This document shows, one piece after another, positions 1-12,129 of a stretch of 64,000 bases of DNA. The stretch comes from Azolla caroliniana (lineage: Eukaryota; Plantae; Polypodiophyta). Within the stretch, counting starts at the first letter, position 1. Each line of letters opens with the position of its first letter. The DNA lies in contig JBHGNT010000015.1 in assembly GCA_043228905.1 (NCBI GenBank), positions 9,300,001 through 9,364,000 on the forward strand, read 5' to 3'. The position numbers were made by a program, and so were the translations under genes. The notes below the pieces were generated by a model. That model was not told the origin of the DNA. It ran no database searches and saw nothing but the letters and a program-made list of their open reading frames with translations.

Positions 1-996
1 AACTGGGACTTGATGCGGTTGATTTCCGGAAGACCTGGGCCGGTGATGACTAAATCATCAACATAGAGTAAGATACATACCAGACCGTTTGAGCCTTGAT
101 GGATGAGCAGGGAAGAGTCCGACTTAGAGGCAACAAACCCCATCTTTCGCAACCGATGCGTGATCTTAGCATTCCAAGCACGGGGGGCTTGCTTCAAGCC
201 GTACAACGACTCCCTCAGCCGGCATACCGCCGATTTGTTCACCTCCGACTGAAATCTGGGGGGCTGAGTCATAAAGACTTCTTCTTCAAGATCTCCTTGA
301 AGGAAGGAATTCTTCACATCCATCTGATGAAGATGCCACCCCTTGGCCGGAGCAACCGCCAGTACCACACGAACTGTTGTCATCTTCACTACAGGAGCGA
401 AGGTCTCGTCGTAGTCGATTCCGTGGGTCTGGGCATATCCCTTCGCCACTAATCGGGCCTTGTACCGGTTAACTGTACCGTCGCCATTGTACTTTACCTT
501 GTACACCCACTTTCATCCGATCGGTTTACAGTGACGGGGAGGGTCAACCAGGTCTCAAGTTCCGTTGGCATCCAGTGCCCGCATTTCTTCCTCCATAGCG
601 GCACGCCAATTTGCATCCTTTGCCGCTTCTGCGTAGCTCTCCGGCTCACTCACTTCCGCGACCTTGGTCATGTACGTATAATGATGCACCATGTACTCGT
701 TATACCCGTACCGTTTAACGGGATCCTTCTGGCGGGTGGACCGGCGTAACTCACCGTTACCCGGTATGAGACCCTTCTTGGCCGGTTCGGTCTTCGTTCC
801 CGAAGATCTGCCTATGTCCTTGCCGAAGTCAGATACGCACCGATCCGACTCATCATTGCCGGTCTCGAATTCTGGCATCTTCTGCTTCCCTTTCTCTTTG
901 CGTGTGAACCGTCTCCTCGGTTCCTTGCGCGGGGAGAGCACGATAGAGTCTCCACTACTCGCCGTCTCATCATCCGACTGGTTGGACTGATCCAGT

Positions 997-1833
997 TGTT
1001 AGGAAACATGTCCCTCCGGATGGGAAGTGAGGAGACCAGTACTGATGAGCAAACTCGGCTGTGGAAGACCCGACTACGGAAGACCCGGTGAGAACCGGAT
1101 GACAAGTACTCGGCAACGGAAGACCCGACTACGGAAGACCCGGTGAGAACCGGATGACAAGTACCCGGCAACGGAATACCCGGTGAGAACCGGATGAGGA
1201 GTACCCGGCAAGAGCCGGATGGTGAAGACCCGGTGAGAACTGGATGTGGTGTACCCGGCAAGCGCCGAATGAGGAGTACCCAGCTACGGAGGACCCGGTG
1301 AGAACCGAATGAGGAGTACCCGGCAAGAGCCGGATGGTGAAGGGCCGGTGAGAAGTGCTCACCGGATGAAGGGACATATTTGTAAATATGTTTCTGAGAG
1401 TCCATCGGGGCTATATTTGTAAATAGCTGAAAAGTCATATTAGTATAAATATGACTTAGGGCAAACCCTTCGTAGAGTTGTTGTTGTCATTCTTGTTGGT
1501 GCAAGACTAGAGAGCGCGTAACTGTGTACAGAGAGAGAGAGAGAGAGAGAGAGAGGAAGAGGTCGTTGCCTCTGTTGTAACCACCGCTTGTGGCGAAGAT
1601 CATGAGCACGAGGTCGTTGCCTCCGTGAGCTCACTGTTGTAATCATTGTGATATAGTGATAGTTAACAGTCAGTGGACTGTCGTGGTTTTTCCATCTCAG
1701 GGTTTTCCACGTTAAACATCCTGTGTACTCTTCTCTCTATCGTGTTGTGCTTTCATTCCCTGTTTATTTCTGTGTTTTATTCTAGGCTCGGTTGTGGCCG
1801 AGCGTTGTTCATCTGAGCGTGTAGTTCCTGTCA
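997..1833 (+). mobile_element. Solo LTR (probably copia-type) with U3 tandem-repeat block
   Basis: Termini TGTTAGGAA...TTCCTGTCA. Perfect 5-bp TSD CCAGT (992-996, 1834-1838). TATAAAT near 1444. Homologous to 42802-43564. Confidence 0.93.
1060..1370 (+). repeat. Imperfect CCGG-rich tandem repeats inside the solo LTR
   Basis: Recurrent GAAGACCCGGTGAGAACCGGATGA..AGTACCCGGCAA units. Confidence 0.9.
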
Positions 1834-1838
1834 CCAGT

Positions 1839-3354
1839 CTCTCATTCGGTCTGCTTAACCGGAACGATTCCGGACTCTCATCTTGAGTCCTGGCTTCATC
1901 TTTCTCTACCTGGGCCGGTTCGGGCTCACTAGCCCTATCCTCCGACATCGGGTCGGGATCGGAAGTCGGAGTTGGTAAGGAATACGACGATGCCGATTCA
2001 TCAAACTCAACATCTCGGCTGACTCGGACGTGCTTCGTCCGGGGGTTATAACACTTATACCCCTTTTGCTCTTGAGCATAGCCGACTAGGATGCATTTTT
2101 CCGATTTTGCATCCAGCTTTCTTCTCTGTCCGACGTGGCTCAAAGGGACTTCTCTGACGTCCACGATCGGGTGGGGAGTGTCGTCTCCGGTTTCGACAAC
2201 TCCCGGTTGATCTAGCTTCTCCAAAAAGGAGAACCACTCCTCGTGGCTCGTCATGTGGTTCGATGCGCCGGAGTCAACGTACCACACTTCCTCCGATTTG
2301 GAAGTGGTCTTCTTCATTGAGTTTGCCTTGTGCTTCATCACCAAGGCTGGCCCCTTACCGTTCTTGGATCCTCCCGATCCGTTTGCGTAGTGCAAGCTTC
2401 GCCAGCCTTCCTTACCGATCTTGCCGGATCCAGATTTGTCCGAATCGGCACGCTTTATCCAGCAATCGCTTTCCGTGTGGCCCTTTTTGCCACAGTACCA
2501 GCATTCCGTAGCGGATTTGTCTTGCCGGCCTCCGGCACCACCTTGACTCCCCCTGCTTGTGGAAGTTCCGGAACTGCTGTCGGCACGCTCACTATGCCTT
2601 TGTTCCTGCTCTTGCCGGCCGCCTCCATTGCGTGCCGACCTGCCTCGTCCACCACGCCCGTAGGACCGATCCGCTCTCGTGTACAACATTCGGCTGTCTG
2701 GGGATGCAATGGTAGATGACTGGCGTGGTTCTCCTCTACAAGGAGCATCGATTGTAAGTCGAAAAATGAGGGCGTATTCTCCCTTGTACAAACCACAGTC
2801 CGGAAAGCTCTGAACTTGGACGCTAGGGCTCCAAGATAGACCTGCACCATCTCTTCTTCCTCTACGGTGACGTTAATAGAGGCAAGTGAGTCACAAATCC
2901 CTTTGATCCGGTCAGTGTAATCTGCCACCGACATGTTCTTCTGTCGAACATTGCTCAACTCCTGTCTGAGTTGCAACTTCCGGGCAGTGGTGTTTGCGGC
3001 GAAGACCTTTTTCAAGTTTCCCCAAGCATCCTTCGGTGTCTTGGTGTCCCGGATATGGCTGAGCAGCTGGTCATCGACACTGGACGCGAATCAGTACATC
3101 ACCCTGCTTGCCGCCTGTTCCCACACTAGGAAGTCCTTGTGTGTCGTCTCCGGTGCTGAGTCGTTCACTCCATCGACATAACTCCAGTAGCCATGCCCAA
3201 GCAGGTACTGGTGCATCTTGTATGACCAAGATGCGTAGTTAGTTCTGTCGAGCTTCTCCACCGGGAGCGACATAGCCATACCTCTATCCATTTCTCCTTT
3301 TGTGTCTGTTTTCCGATCTGTTAGGGTTTCCTTCACAAGCGTAGATGTTTGCAA
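1839..3354 (-). pseudogene. gag-pol: Copia gag-protease fused by deletion to the integrase C-terminus
   Basis: ORFs 3091-3354, 2455-3015 and 1712-2791 carry gag, CCHC and DSGAS motifs. The sequence jumps from SHVGQRR to KLDAKSEK near 2120. Confidence 0.88.
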
Positions 3355-3374
3355 CAGAGGTTCTCAACCCACGC

Positions 3375-3386
3375 GCTCTGATACCA
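3375..3386 (-). promoter_or_regulatory. Primer-binding site, tRNA-iMet
   Basis: TGGTATCAGAGC on the minus strand, immediately after the LTR end. Confidence 0.95.
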
Positions 3387-3808
3387 TGTTAAAGATTGCT
3401 TGCGGAAGCGTTAGAAAGAACAATACACAAAGAGAGAGAGAGAGTACGCGGGAGAGAGAGAGAGAGAGAGCAAGACATACTATTCTTCAAAATTATATGA
3501 ATACTCTGTGCTCTGTGTCTACAACGCGCTCATCAGCGCTATTTATACAAGTCCACATGGGACTGTTAGAAGTACGGTGTACTTCAATGCTCACACGAGC
3601 ATCTGACACTAACTACGAGACTATTACTGCCTAGTAGTCTAACCTATACTAGGCTTCCGGTTACGGATTGGATCCGGCATACCAACTCCCCAGCTCACTG
3701 GTCCTTACTGCTTACCGGCTCGGTTGCTCACCGACATACCGATTCATCTCGCTTACCGGCTCAGGCTTATTCAGCCGATCCGGCTCCGGTTGAGCTTGCC
3801 GCTCAACA
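3387..3808 (-). repeat. 5' LTR of copia A copy 1
   Basis: Minus strand reads TGTTGAGCGG...TAACA. Similar to 17646-18050 and 37321-37772. Confidence 0.92.
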
Positions 3809-5935
3809 CCATCCCCGGCAAAGGTGGATGCCATCACAGACATGAGGGAAGAATGTAAATCGCAAACAGAGGTGAGGCGATTTCTTGGTGCCTGTGCATT
3901 CTACCACATCTAGATCCTGCACTATGCTCACCTAGCTGAGCCCTTGTATGGGCTACTCAAGAAGGGGCATAAGTTCAAGTGGGAGGAAGAGCACACAGAG
4001 GCAATGAAGAGGCTCAAAGGAATGTTGGTAGCGGCACCAACTTTACGAAAAGCCGTATATACAAGGAAGGGGTGCCCATCTACATGACGGTAGATACGAG
4101 TCCAACAAGGATCGGATGGGTCATCAACCAAGAAGGAGAGGATGGTACACGCTATGCCATCCAGTTCGGAGCCAAGGTCTTAAGGGATGGACAACAAGGA
4201 TACACCCAAGTAAAACGTGAGCTTTGGGGTATTGTGTCCGCAGTGAAGGCGGATAAAGATTACCTAATCGGGTCAGAGGTGGTAATAGAGATGGATTGCC
4301 TTCAATCCTAGGGATGGTTTCGGGGTGTGCAACACCTGACCTAGCTATGCTAAGATGGATTGCTTACATCAAATCAATGAACCCGGAGATTCACCACATT
4401 TCAGGGAAGAACAATGCCATGGCAGATATGCTATCGAGGGCAAGGTTTGAGGTCGAAAGCGACATGGTGTCTGAAGATGAGGATGTCGCTCTTGACTTCT
4501 TTAAGACGGCCCAAGTGTCTATAGATGATCGAGATGTGTGAGTGCTCCACGCCTTCAACGAAAGTGAATAAGAAGGGGAGTGGCTACACATTGGCAAGTT
4601 CTTAAGCTCAATGACGGTGGATAGTTCATGGTCGAAGTAGGAAGCACAGAGAGTCCGAAAGAAAGCGTACAAGTATTTCCTACGAGGGGGATTCCTCTGG
4701 AGGCACTCGAAGAGAAGGACGGGGACGCCACAACGAGTGGTCATAAAGGAAGAAGACCAAACAACATTGGTATCTGAGTTCCACGAGAGTCCTTGGGCGG
4801 GCCATAGAGGAACGTGGGCAACATTTGAGAAGTTAAAGGAGAAGTATTGGTGGCCGGGAATGTACAAGGATGTCGCCCATTTCGTGGGGACGTGTGAAAG
4901 CTACCAGATACACTCCAACATACGCCATAGGGACGAGTTGTACCCGACCTACCCACTCACCATACACTTCAAATGGATGGTGGATTTGGTTTCGATGCTG
5001 ATGGGAGTGGGCCAAATGAAATATTTGGTGCTAGCAAGAGAAGACGTAACAAACCAAGTAGAAGGGCGAGCCTTAGCAAACAAAACGATGGCGGGGGTGT
5101 GTAAATTCTTACTCGAGGATGTCATCTGCCGGTACAGATGTGTGGGAAAGATAGTGGCCGACAGAGGAGAGTTGAACGCTCACGAAGCTACAGAGCTCTT
5201 TGACCGACTTGGAGTGAAGCTCTCTCTCACGACCACTTATAACCTGGAGGCTAATGGAAAGATAGAACGCGGACACGGGCCTATCGTAAAAGCCATTGTA
5301 AGAGCTTGTGATGGGTGAGTCGGGAATTGGCCTCGGTTACTACCTTATGCCTTGTGGGCCGACAGAACAACTCATAGCTCAGTTACAGGTTTCATGCTAG
5401 CTGAACTCATGTACGGACAAAAGCCAGTAATGCCCATTGAAGACACGATCGCTTCATGGGTAGCGATGCCGTGGGAAAATGAGATGAGTCGAGAAGAGCT
5501 TCTAGCCACAAGGATAAGGCAACTTGAGAGAAGACCCGAAGACTTGGAGTTGGCAAAGGAGAGGTTAGAAGTGGCTAGGCTAAGTAACAAAGCCCGATTC
5601 GACAAGACACACCACCGACTACGCCCTCGGAAGATCGAAGAAGGAGACTGGGTGATTGTATATGATAGTAGTCTCGACAATCAACATAGCTCGATGCGGA
5701 AATTCGCAAAGCGATGGTTCGGGCCGTACGTGGTAACGAGTGCAAACGATAATGCTACCTACCACCTCGCTGAACTCGATGGGACTAAGCTAGCAGTACC
5801 AATAGCGGGGAAGCGGGTCAAAATCTTCAAAAAGCGACACGAGAAGGAGTCAAACCTCGATGACCTTCACGAAGATAAAGGCGAGCAAACAACAAGCCGA
5901 GGGGTCAATGAGGAGGAGGAAATGAAATATGGACC
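3809..5935 (+). pseudogene. pol: Gypsy pol fragment (RNase H and integrase)
   Basis: ORFs 3979-4311, 4296-4541, 4737-5318 and 5352-6089, broken by stops and frameshifts. Confidence 0.9.
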
Positions 5936-5993
5936 ACCCTCAACTTGCCATTCTTGGCACATACCGGAGGATGTGCGGTTTGGTGGGGGTGGA

Positions 5994-8395
5994 TGTCGTG
6001 ATGTGGCGTACTCGAGAGTAGGAAAAACCGGCGAAAGGGGGGGGTATAAAATGTGCATGTGCAATGTGTGTGCACACAAAAGAGATTAGTTGTGCATATG
6101 AAAAATAAAAGGGAAGAGAAAGGGTGGAAAGGATGCATAGAAGCCCGTGCAAAAAGTAAGAGAGAAGAGAGATAAAATGTAGAGGAGAGACATGCTAAGA
6201 GTTTATAGAGATAGAATTATATATTGTATAAGAGAGAGTTAGTGGGCTAGTGGATAGTCACATTGACTACTAGCTAGAGGTGCATTGTTCAAATCTAGTC
6301 TTATAGTGCAACGTGATTTAAGGAATTTTATTCCTTTTTCATTGAAGACAAAATTGGCGACCCCCCCTCCTTTTTTTCCTATAAAAGGAGGTCGAGGGGG
6401 GCTCATTCGGGAGGACATTTTGGGAGGAGGAGATTATCGCCAATTTTCCTTCGGAGCTCTTCATCTTCTTATTCACCACTTCTCTTCATTTGATACCCCT
6501 TCATCCCCCCATTGCCACGTGCTCGTCTTCTTCGTGTCGGCATTCGAAGTGCTCGTGAGCCCAAGCTTCGTTGGTTCGATGTTGCTCCACCCCGTTGGTC
6601 GTTGCAAGCCTGTGTGCTCGCCGCCGTTCGGGTGGTCGTGGTTCGTTGGGATTGGCATTTTGGTGGTGCTCGTGTGTTCATTTTCTCCATGTTCGGATTT
6701 TCTCTTGTCTCTAAGGGCATTTAGTATTTATATTTTGATTGAGCTTGTGGTTAACTATAAGTTGCCATTGTAATCAAACCCTATCTTATAAAGGGTCCTC
6801 TTGCGTTGGAATCGAACACATTTATATCTCTTTGGTTGATATCATTCGTGTTTCTTTCTCTCTGTGTTTTTGTGTTTGTGTCTTCCTTGTAAGTTCGGCC
6901 GTCTTGTGATGAGGGACCGTTTCAGGCTTGCCCATGCACCTCTCCTCCTCATAAAGGCGTACAAGCATTTTGTGCGTGTGTTTGTGTCTTCCTTGTATGT
7001 TCGGTTGTCTTGTGACGAGGGACCGTTCGGGCTTGCCCATGCTCCTCTCCTCCTCATAAAGGCGTATGAGCATTTTGTGTGTGTGTTTGTGTCTTCCTTG
7101 TACGTTCGGCCGTTTTGTGACGAGGGAGCGTTTCGGGCATGCCCATGCACCTCTCCTCCTCATAAAGACGTACAAGCATTTGTGCGTGTGTTTGTGTCTT
7201 CCTTGTACGTTCGGCCTTCTTGTGACGATGGAGTGTTTCGGGCTTGCCCATGCACCTCTTCTCCTCATAAAGGCATACGAGCATTTTTTGTGCATGTGTT
7301 TGTCTTCCTTGTACGTTCGGTCGTGTCGTGACGAGGGAGCATTCGGGCTTGCCCATGCACCTCTCATCCTCATAAAGGCGTATGAGCATTTTGTGTGTCT
7401 TCCTTGTACGTTTGGCCGTCTTGTGACGAGGGACTGTTTTGGGCTTGCCCATGCACCTCTCCTCCTCATAAAGGCGTACGAGCATTTTGTGTGTGTGTTT
7501 GTGTCTTCCTTGTGCATTCGGCCGTCTTGTGATGAGGGATCGTTCGGGCTTTCCCGTGACCCTCTCCTCCTCATAAAGGCGCACGAGCATTTGTGTGTGT
7601 GTTTGTGTCTTCCTTGTATGTTCAGCCGTCTTGTGACGAGGGAGCATTTCGGGCATGCCCATGCACCTCTCCTCCTCATAAAGACGTACGAGCATTTGTG
7701 CGTGTGTTTGTGTCTTCCTTGTACGTTTGGCCGTCTTGTGACGAGGGACCGTTTCGGGCTTGCCCATGCACCTCTCCTCATAAAGGCGTACGAGCATTTT
7801 TTGTGCGTGTGTTTGTGTCTTCCTTGTACGTTCGGTCGTCTTGTGACGAGGGAGCGTTCGGGCTTGCCCATGCACCTCTCCTCCTCATAAAGGCGTATGA
7901 GCATTTTGTGTGTATGTTTGTGTCTTCCTTGTACGTTCGGCCGTCTTGTGACGAGGGAGCGTTTCGGGCGTGCCCATGCACCTCTCCTCATAAAGGTGTA
8001 CGAGCATTTGTGCGTGTGTTTTGTGTCTTCCTATTACGTTCGACATCTTGTGACGAGGGAGCGTTCGGGCGTGCCCATGCACCTCTCCTCCTCATAAGGA
8101 CATACGGGCATTCGTGTTTGTGTTATCGTCCCCTTGTGCATTTACCTTGCGTGCTCATCTTGCCTGTACCCGTTTGGTCACTTGGCTCGTGGGGTGATCT
8201 CGAAAGGTCAACGAGTTGTGATCAACGAGAGCCACCAGCTTCACAAAACAAAGGGCAATGAGACCTTGCAGGGGGGGGCGGGAAGTAGTATTGTCGTAAA
8301 GCAAACCTCGGGTCTTCTCTATCCCTTGAGTACTCCCTAGTCCAAGACCCTCGTGGTCCCGCCCAAGTAACACACGCGCGCGAAACTTCGCGACA
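5994..8395 (+). repeat. Long 3' LTR of the gypsy element
   Basis: Starts TGTCGTG right after the PPT and ends TCGCGACA, followed by ACGT. TATA-like CCTATAAAAGG near 6380. Its 3' end shares GTCCAAGACCCTCGTGGTCCCGCCC with solo LTR 19582-20163. Confidence 0.85.
6865..8125 (+). repeat. Tandem array of about 12 units of about 104 bp inside the LTR
   Basis: Core TCGGGCTTGCCCATGCACCTCTCC recurs at about 6924, 7028, 7134, 7239, 7345, 7441, 7545, 7650, 7755, 7860, 7965 and 8066. Confidence 0.95.
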
Positions 8396-10896
8396 ACGTT
8401 GTAAAGAATCTTCTTCTTGATTGTATATCGAATATCGAGTCTCTGAGAGAGCAAGAGACAGAGAACGTAACAGAGCTTCCATTAAAGCTTCAATCTGTGT
8501 ATATCTTTACTTCTCTTTTCTGTGTTTTCATTCTGAGTACGAACTGAGACAGATCCTCACACTTTTCCGCATACACTGACGCTTCAACTGGTATAAGAGT
8601 GATCTGCTACTCGGTGGCAACAGACAACAGAAATGGCCAAAAGAAAAGACCAGGTTAGTAAATCTCACTTCCAAAAGAATCATGGCATCAACATACAGTA
8701 TAGGAGTTGAGATCCGAAGATTCGACGTCAAAAACTTTGCCCTATGGAAGGAGATGATGCAAGACGTACTGATTATTCAAAGAGAGCTTGAGGCCATTCG
8801 ATACTCCGAAAAACTTGCTTCAATGTCAGCCGATGAGTGGAGATCATTGGACGAAATCGCACGCTCCACCATTTGAATGCACCTAGCCGAAAACTTCTAC
8901 TTTAGCATGGCAAAAGAGACAACAACGTTCTCACTATGCGAGAAACTACAAGCCGTGTACGAGAAGAAGTCCTCATCTTCAAAACTGATTTTGATCAAAC
9001 AATTGTTCAACATAAAGATGAGAGAGATCGATTCGGCTACCTCCCACATCAACACTTTCAGCCGGGTGTTGTCAGAACTCTCCTCACAAGGGATCAACTT
9101 CGAAGAAGAAGTGAAAGCCCTTGCCCTCCTATCGAGCTTGCCGGCGAGTTGGGAGGTATTCTGTACGACATACGCCAATAGTCTACCGATACTAAATCTG
9201 GATGAGACGATCAACCAAGTCCTCACTGAGGACATTCGGCGAAAATCGATGGGACTTCCCATCAATGAATCGGTAGAAGCCCATCACTCTACCGAGTCAT
9301 TCAACCGACAGAGTCGAATGAGAGAACAAGCTGAGAGAGCCGGTCGGAACATCAACTGATCAAAATCGAGGGGAAACCGAGAACGGTCGAAGTCGAGAAC
9401 GGGCCGATCAGGCAAATTCTGCTCACACTATAGAAAAGCTAGCCACAATGTTTCTGACTGTTGGATGTAAAGACATCATTCCTACATGGAGATCTGGAAG
9501 AAGACATATATATGTCTCAACCGGCAGGCTTCACGACAACGGGGGAGGATAGTCACCTCGTATGTCGGTTAAAGAAAAGTCTATATGGCTTGAAACAAGC
9601 ACCGAGGATGTGGTACCAAAGGTTTGACTCCTACATTAGGCAACTTGGATACCGCAGATCTGACTCCCACCCATGCATATATATTCAGAAACTAGCAAAG
9701 AGTCTAGGATTTATCTGATCCTATATGTCGACGAGAGGCTGATTGCAGGAAGCAATCAAGCAGAGATCGGAAAGCTAAAGCGGAGCCTTCATGACAAGTT
9801 TGCGATGAAGGAACTCGGACAAGCCTGTCACATACAAGGAATGAGGATCGAGCAAAATCGGACAACCAAGACTCTCCGACTCTCCCAATTCAACTAACGA
9901 CATCTCGGTGGTAGTCAACTCGGTGGCCCGTTGCGGAAGGGAGGTTGTAGTGGCACGAGGGCTACAGAATGATTTCAAATATGGAGAATCAACTTTGAAA
10001 TATGAAACTTTGCACTAAGAATATTGTCACTTTTCACTAATTAATTCACACCATATATGGTACATCTTAAATGAGCAATGGTTGATTGGTTTGAAGCAGG
10101 GTATTTTGGTATTGATTTGCCAGTTCCTTTACAGTGCTTCAGATAGTACACCATTTGTGCCTTTAGGGAATATGATGCCTTATCTAAAACACAAACCTCG
10201 AGTACCACCTTGTTTTAATCTTGTTAAGCAATCTGAGGATGATGTGGAAAAACAGAAGATGCAGCTTCGTACAACGACCTAGGTTATATTTCCATCAGAG
10301 CCGTTTGAACCTGGCATAATTCTTGACATTAGTCGCAAACAGACAGAGACTCTCCTTCAACAGACAAGGAGACAGAGCCGTCTGAACCTGGCATAATTCT
10401 TGATAGTATATTCTTAGAAGAAATCACTCTTTTCAGCAAAGGATGGGGCATCTTGCTATAGATTCACAAGAATTGGATGGGAAGGTGTTGAGGCACTTCA
10501 ACATGTAGAATGCGAAGCCATCACCAACACCGCTTCCGACGTCGATCCGACTATCGGACAAAGATTCTCCTTCAACAAACAAGGAGAGAGAGCTTAATGG
10601 AAAGATGCACTACGCATCGGCCGTAGGAAGTGTTATGTACGAAATGGTGGCGACCCGACCCGACCTAGCCTATGCCGTAGGAGTGGTTAGCCGGTACATG
10701 TCAAACCCACGACATAAGCATTAGGAGGCCGTCAAGCACATCATCAGGTACCTGAGAGGGACCGAAGATACATAGTTGGCTTTCGGATTGACAACCTCAG
10801 CCAAAGTCAAAGGCTACACTGATTCCGACTATGCCAAGAATACGGACAATCGGAAATTGACATTAAGTTACATCTTCACCCATGGTGGTGGTGCGA
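8396..10896 (+). mobile_element. Ty1/copia family B, internally deleted copy (partial 5' LTR, PBS, gag, RT, start of RNase H)
   Basis: 8396-8586 matches the LTR at 55939-56218. Degenerate PBS TGGTATAAGAG at 8589. gag ORFs 8682-9359. RT LDVKTSFLHGDLEE, SLYGLKQAPR and LYVD from 9461. Confidence 0.9.
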
Positions 10897-10951
10897 GTTC
10901 CTGTTTAAATGAAAAGCTTTAAACAGGAACTCGATACGCCGTATCGAGTTC
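10894..10951. repeat. Two overlapping perfect inverted repeats
   Basis: CGAGTTCCTGTTTAAA (10894-10909) pairs with TTTAAACAGGAACTCG (10918-10933). GAACTCGATACG (10927-10938) pairs with CGTATCGAGTTC (10940-10951). Confidence 0.95.
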
Positions 10952-11464
10952 TTGAGTGCTAAAACATATTTACAAAAATGTCCAGAGTGTCAGACGCTTA
11001 CTTGGAGTCTTGGCGCTCGATTTTCTTTGAAGAGATGGTGGACATTGTCGATGCTTAGGGGGAGATCTTAGTTTCGTGCTTCGTCCTCTGTGTGCTTTGT
11101 TTGCTCTGTGTGCTCTGTGTGCTCTTCTACTTTGTTCTGTGTGTGTGCTTCGTGTGATTGAAATATGAGGAGGTCTTCCTATTTATAGGGATTGACCACA
11201 GTGGTTAAAGTAACCACATCCACTTTAAACAGGGTTGGCAACCTTAAGGTTAGTTAGTTAGTAACCACAATAACTTTAACCAGAGTTACTTTATTTAGTA
11301 CCTAATCTTGAGTGTACCAATCACTCTCTAATGGATTTGAAATAAATGATGCTTATGAATGCATCAATGATTAAATAGTCAAACTAACATAATAATGATT
11401 ATTTTATAGTCAAACTAACATACAATGACTTTGAAGGCCATGAAGGAAGCAATGATAGAGGTTC

Positions 11465-11650
11465 ATGAATGAACCAATGATTGAATACTTAAAACAACAT
11501 TTTTATGACTCTTAATTGCTTTATCGTAAAGATGTGGCCATGAATGAACCAATGATTGAAAAGTCTTATATTTAAAATGGTAGGCATGAATGAACCAATG
11601 ACTGAGAAGTTCTATATTAAATATGGGTGTCATTAATTAACCAATGATTT
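11465..11650 (+). promoter_or_regulatory. Repeated CCAAT-box motifs upstream of the transposase
   Basis: ATGAATGAACCAATGA recurs at about 11465, 11540 and 11587, with a variant near 11636. Confidence 0.5.
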
Positions 11651-11941
11651 TAACTTTAAACCAACATATATGTGGCTTGGTAATGATTGTAATTATATTA
11701 TACTTGATTTAACTTTATACAGACTAGTTTAAGTAATTATTAATATGTTGAATACAATTATTATATTAAAAATAATATCTTTATTTATTGTATTAATATA
11801 ATATTAAATAATATAGACATTATATTGAGCGAGCTTCTGTTTAGAGAGGAGTTTATGTTTAGAGAGGAGCTTATCAGTTTTTTATGTTAGCCTAAGCACA
11901 TAACTTAAAGAGCTCTGTGTGGACCTTAAGCCATTAGTGAA

Positions 11942-12129
11942 GACTCACCGTTCTCGATTGAAGAATATTGTTTGTCATCAAACTCTTCATTTTCTACCGA
12001 AGAGTATTGTTTGTTGACAGACTCACCATTTTCTATCGAAGAATATTGTCTGTCGACAGACTCACCATTTTCTATCGAAGAATATTGTCTGTCGACAGAC
12101 TCACCATTTTCTATCGAAGAATATTGTCT
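11942..12129 (+). repeat. 39-bp coding minisatellite, about 5 units (DSPFSIEEYCLST)
   Basis: GACTCACCATTTTCTATCGAAGAATATTGTCTGTCGACA units. Confidence 0.92.

Larger units (their letters stand above)
1..3808 (-). mobile_element. Ty1/copia LTR retrotransposon, family A, copy 1 (runs off window start; integrase core deleted)
   Basis: 5' LTR 3387-3808 and iMet PBS. Degenerate gag (LPVEKLDRTNYASWSYKM), zinc knuckle CWYCGKKGHTESDC, protease WYVDSGASNHMT, integrase tail KLDAKSEKCILVGY, RT start [16 protein letters not shown]. Homologous to 17646-37772. Confidence 0.95.
3809..8395 (+). mobile_element. 3' half of a fungal-like non-chromoviral Ty3/gypsy element (RT end, RNase H, integrase, PPT, 2.4-kb 3' LTR)
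   Basis: VRRFLGACAFYHI, RNase H TVDTSPT..KRELWG, integrase HESPWAGHRG..ADRGEL..NGKIERGH. PPT TGGTGGGGGTGGA at 5981-5993. LTR TGTCG...CGACA. Confidence 0.92.

Noticed and set aside
1041-1075. CTGATGAG hammerhead-like start in the solo LTR
   Set aside because: No closing stem II followed by GAAA.
812-1438. 208-aa ORF and similar ORFs at 43198-43760 and 42372-43006
   Set aside because: They lie in LTR tandem repeats and have no domain signature.
6865-8125. Hammerhead ribozyme (retrozyme) or CRISPR-like array: the minus strand shows GGGCAAGCCC-GAAACG..CGTC, resembling stem II, GAAA and stem III
   Set aside because: The essential CUGANGA box is not in place (GGTGCAT precedes the stem). The sequences between cores are near-identical rather than unique spacers, and there are no cas genes.
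6822-8261. Long ORFs (389, 274, 273 and 222 aa) in the repeat array
   Set aside because: By-products of stop-poor tandem repeats; the frames switch between units.
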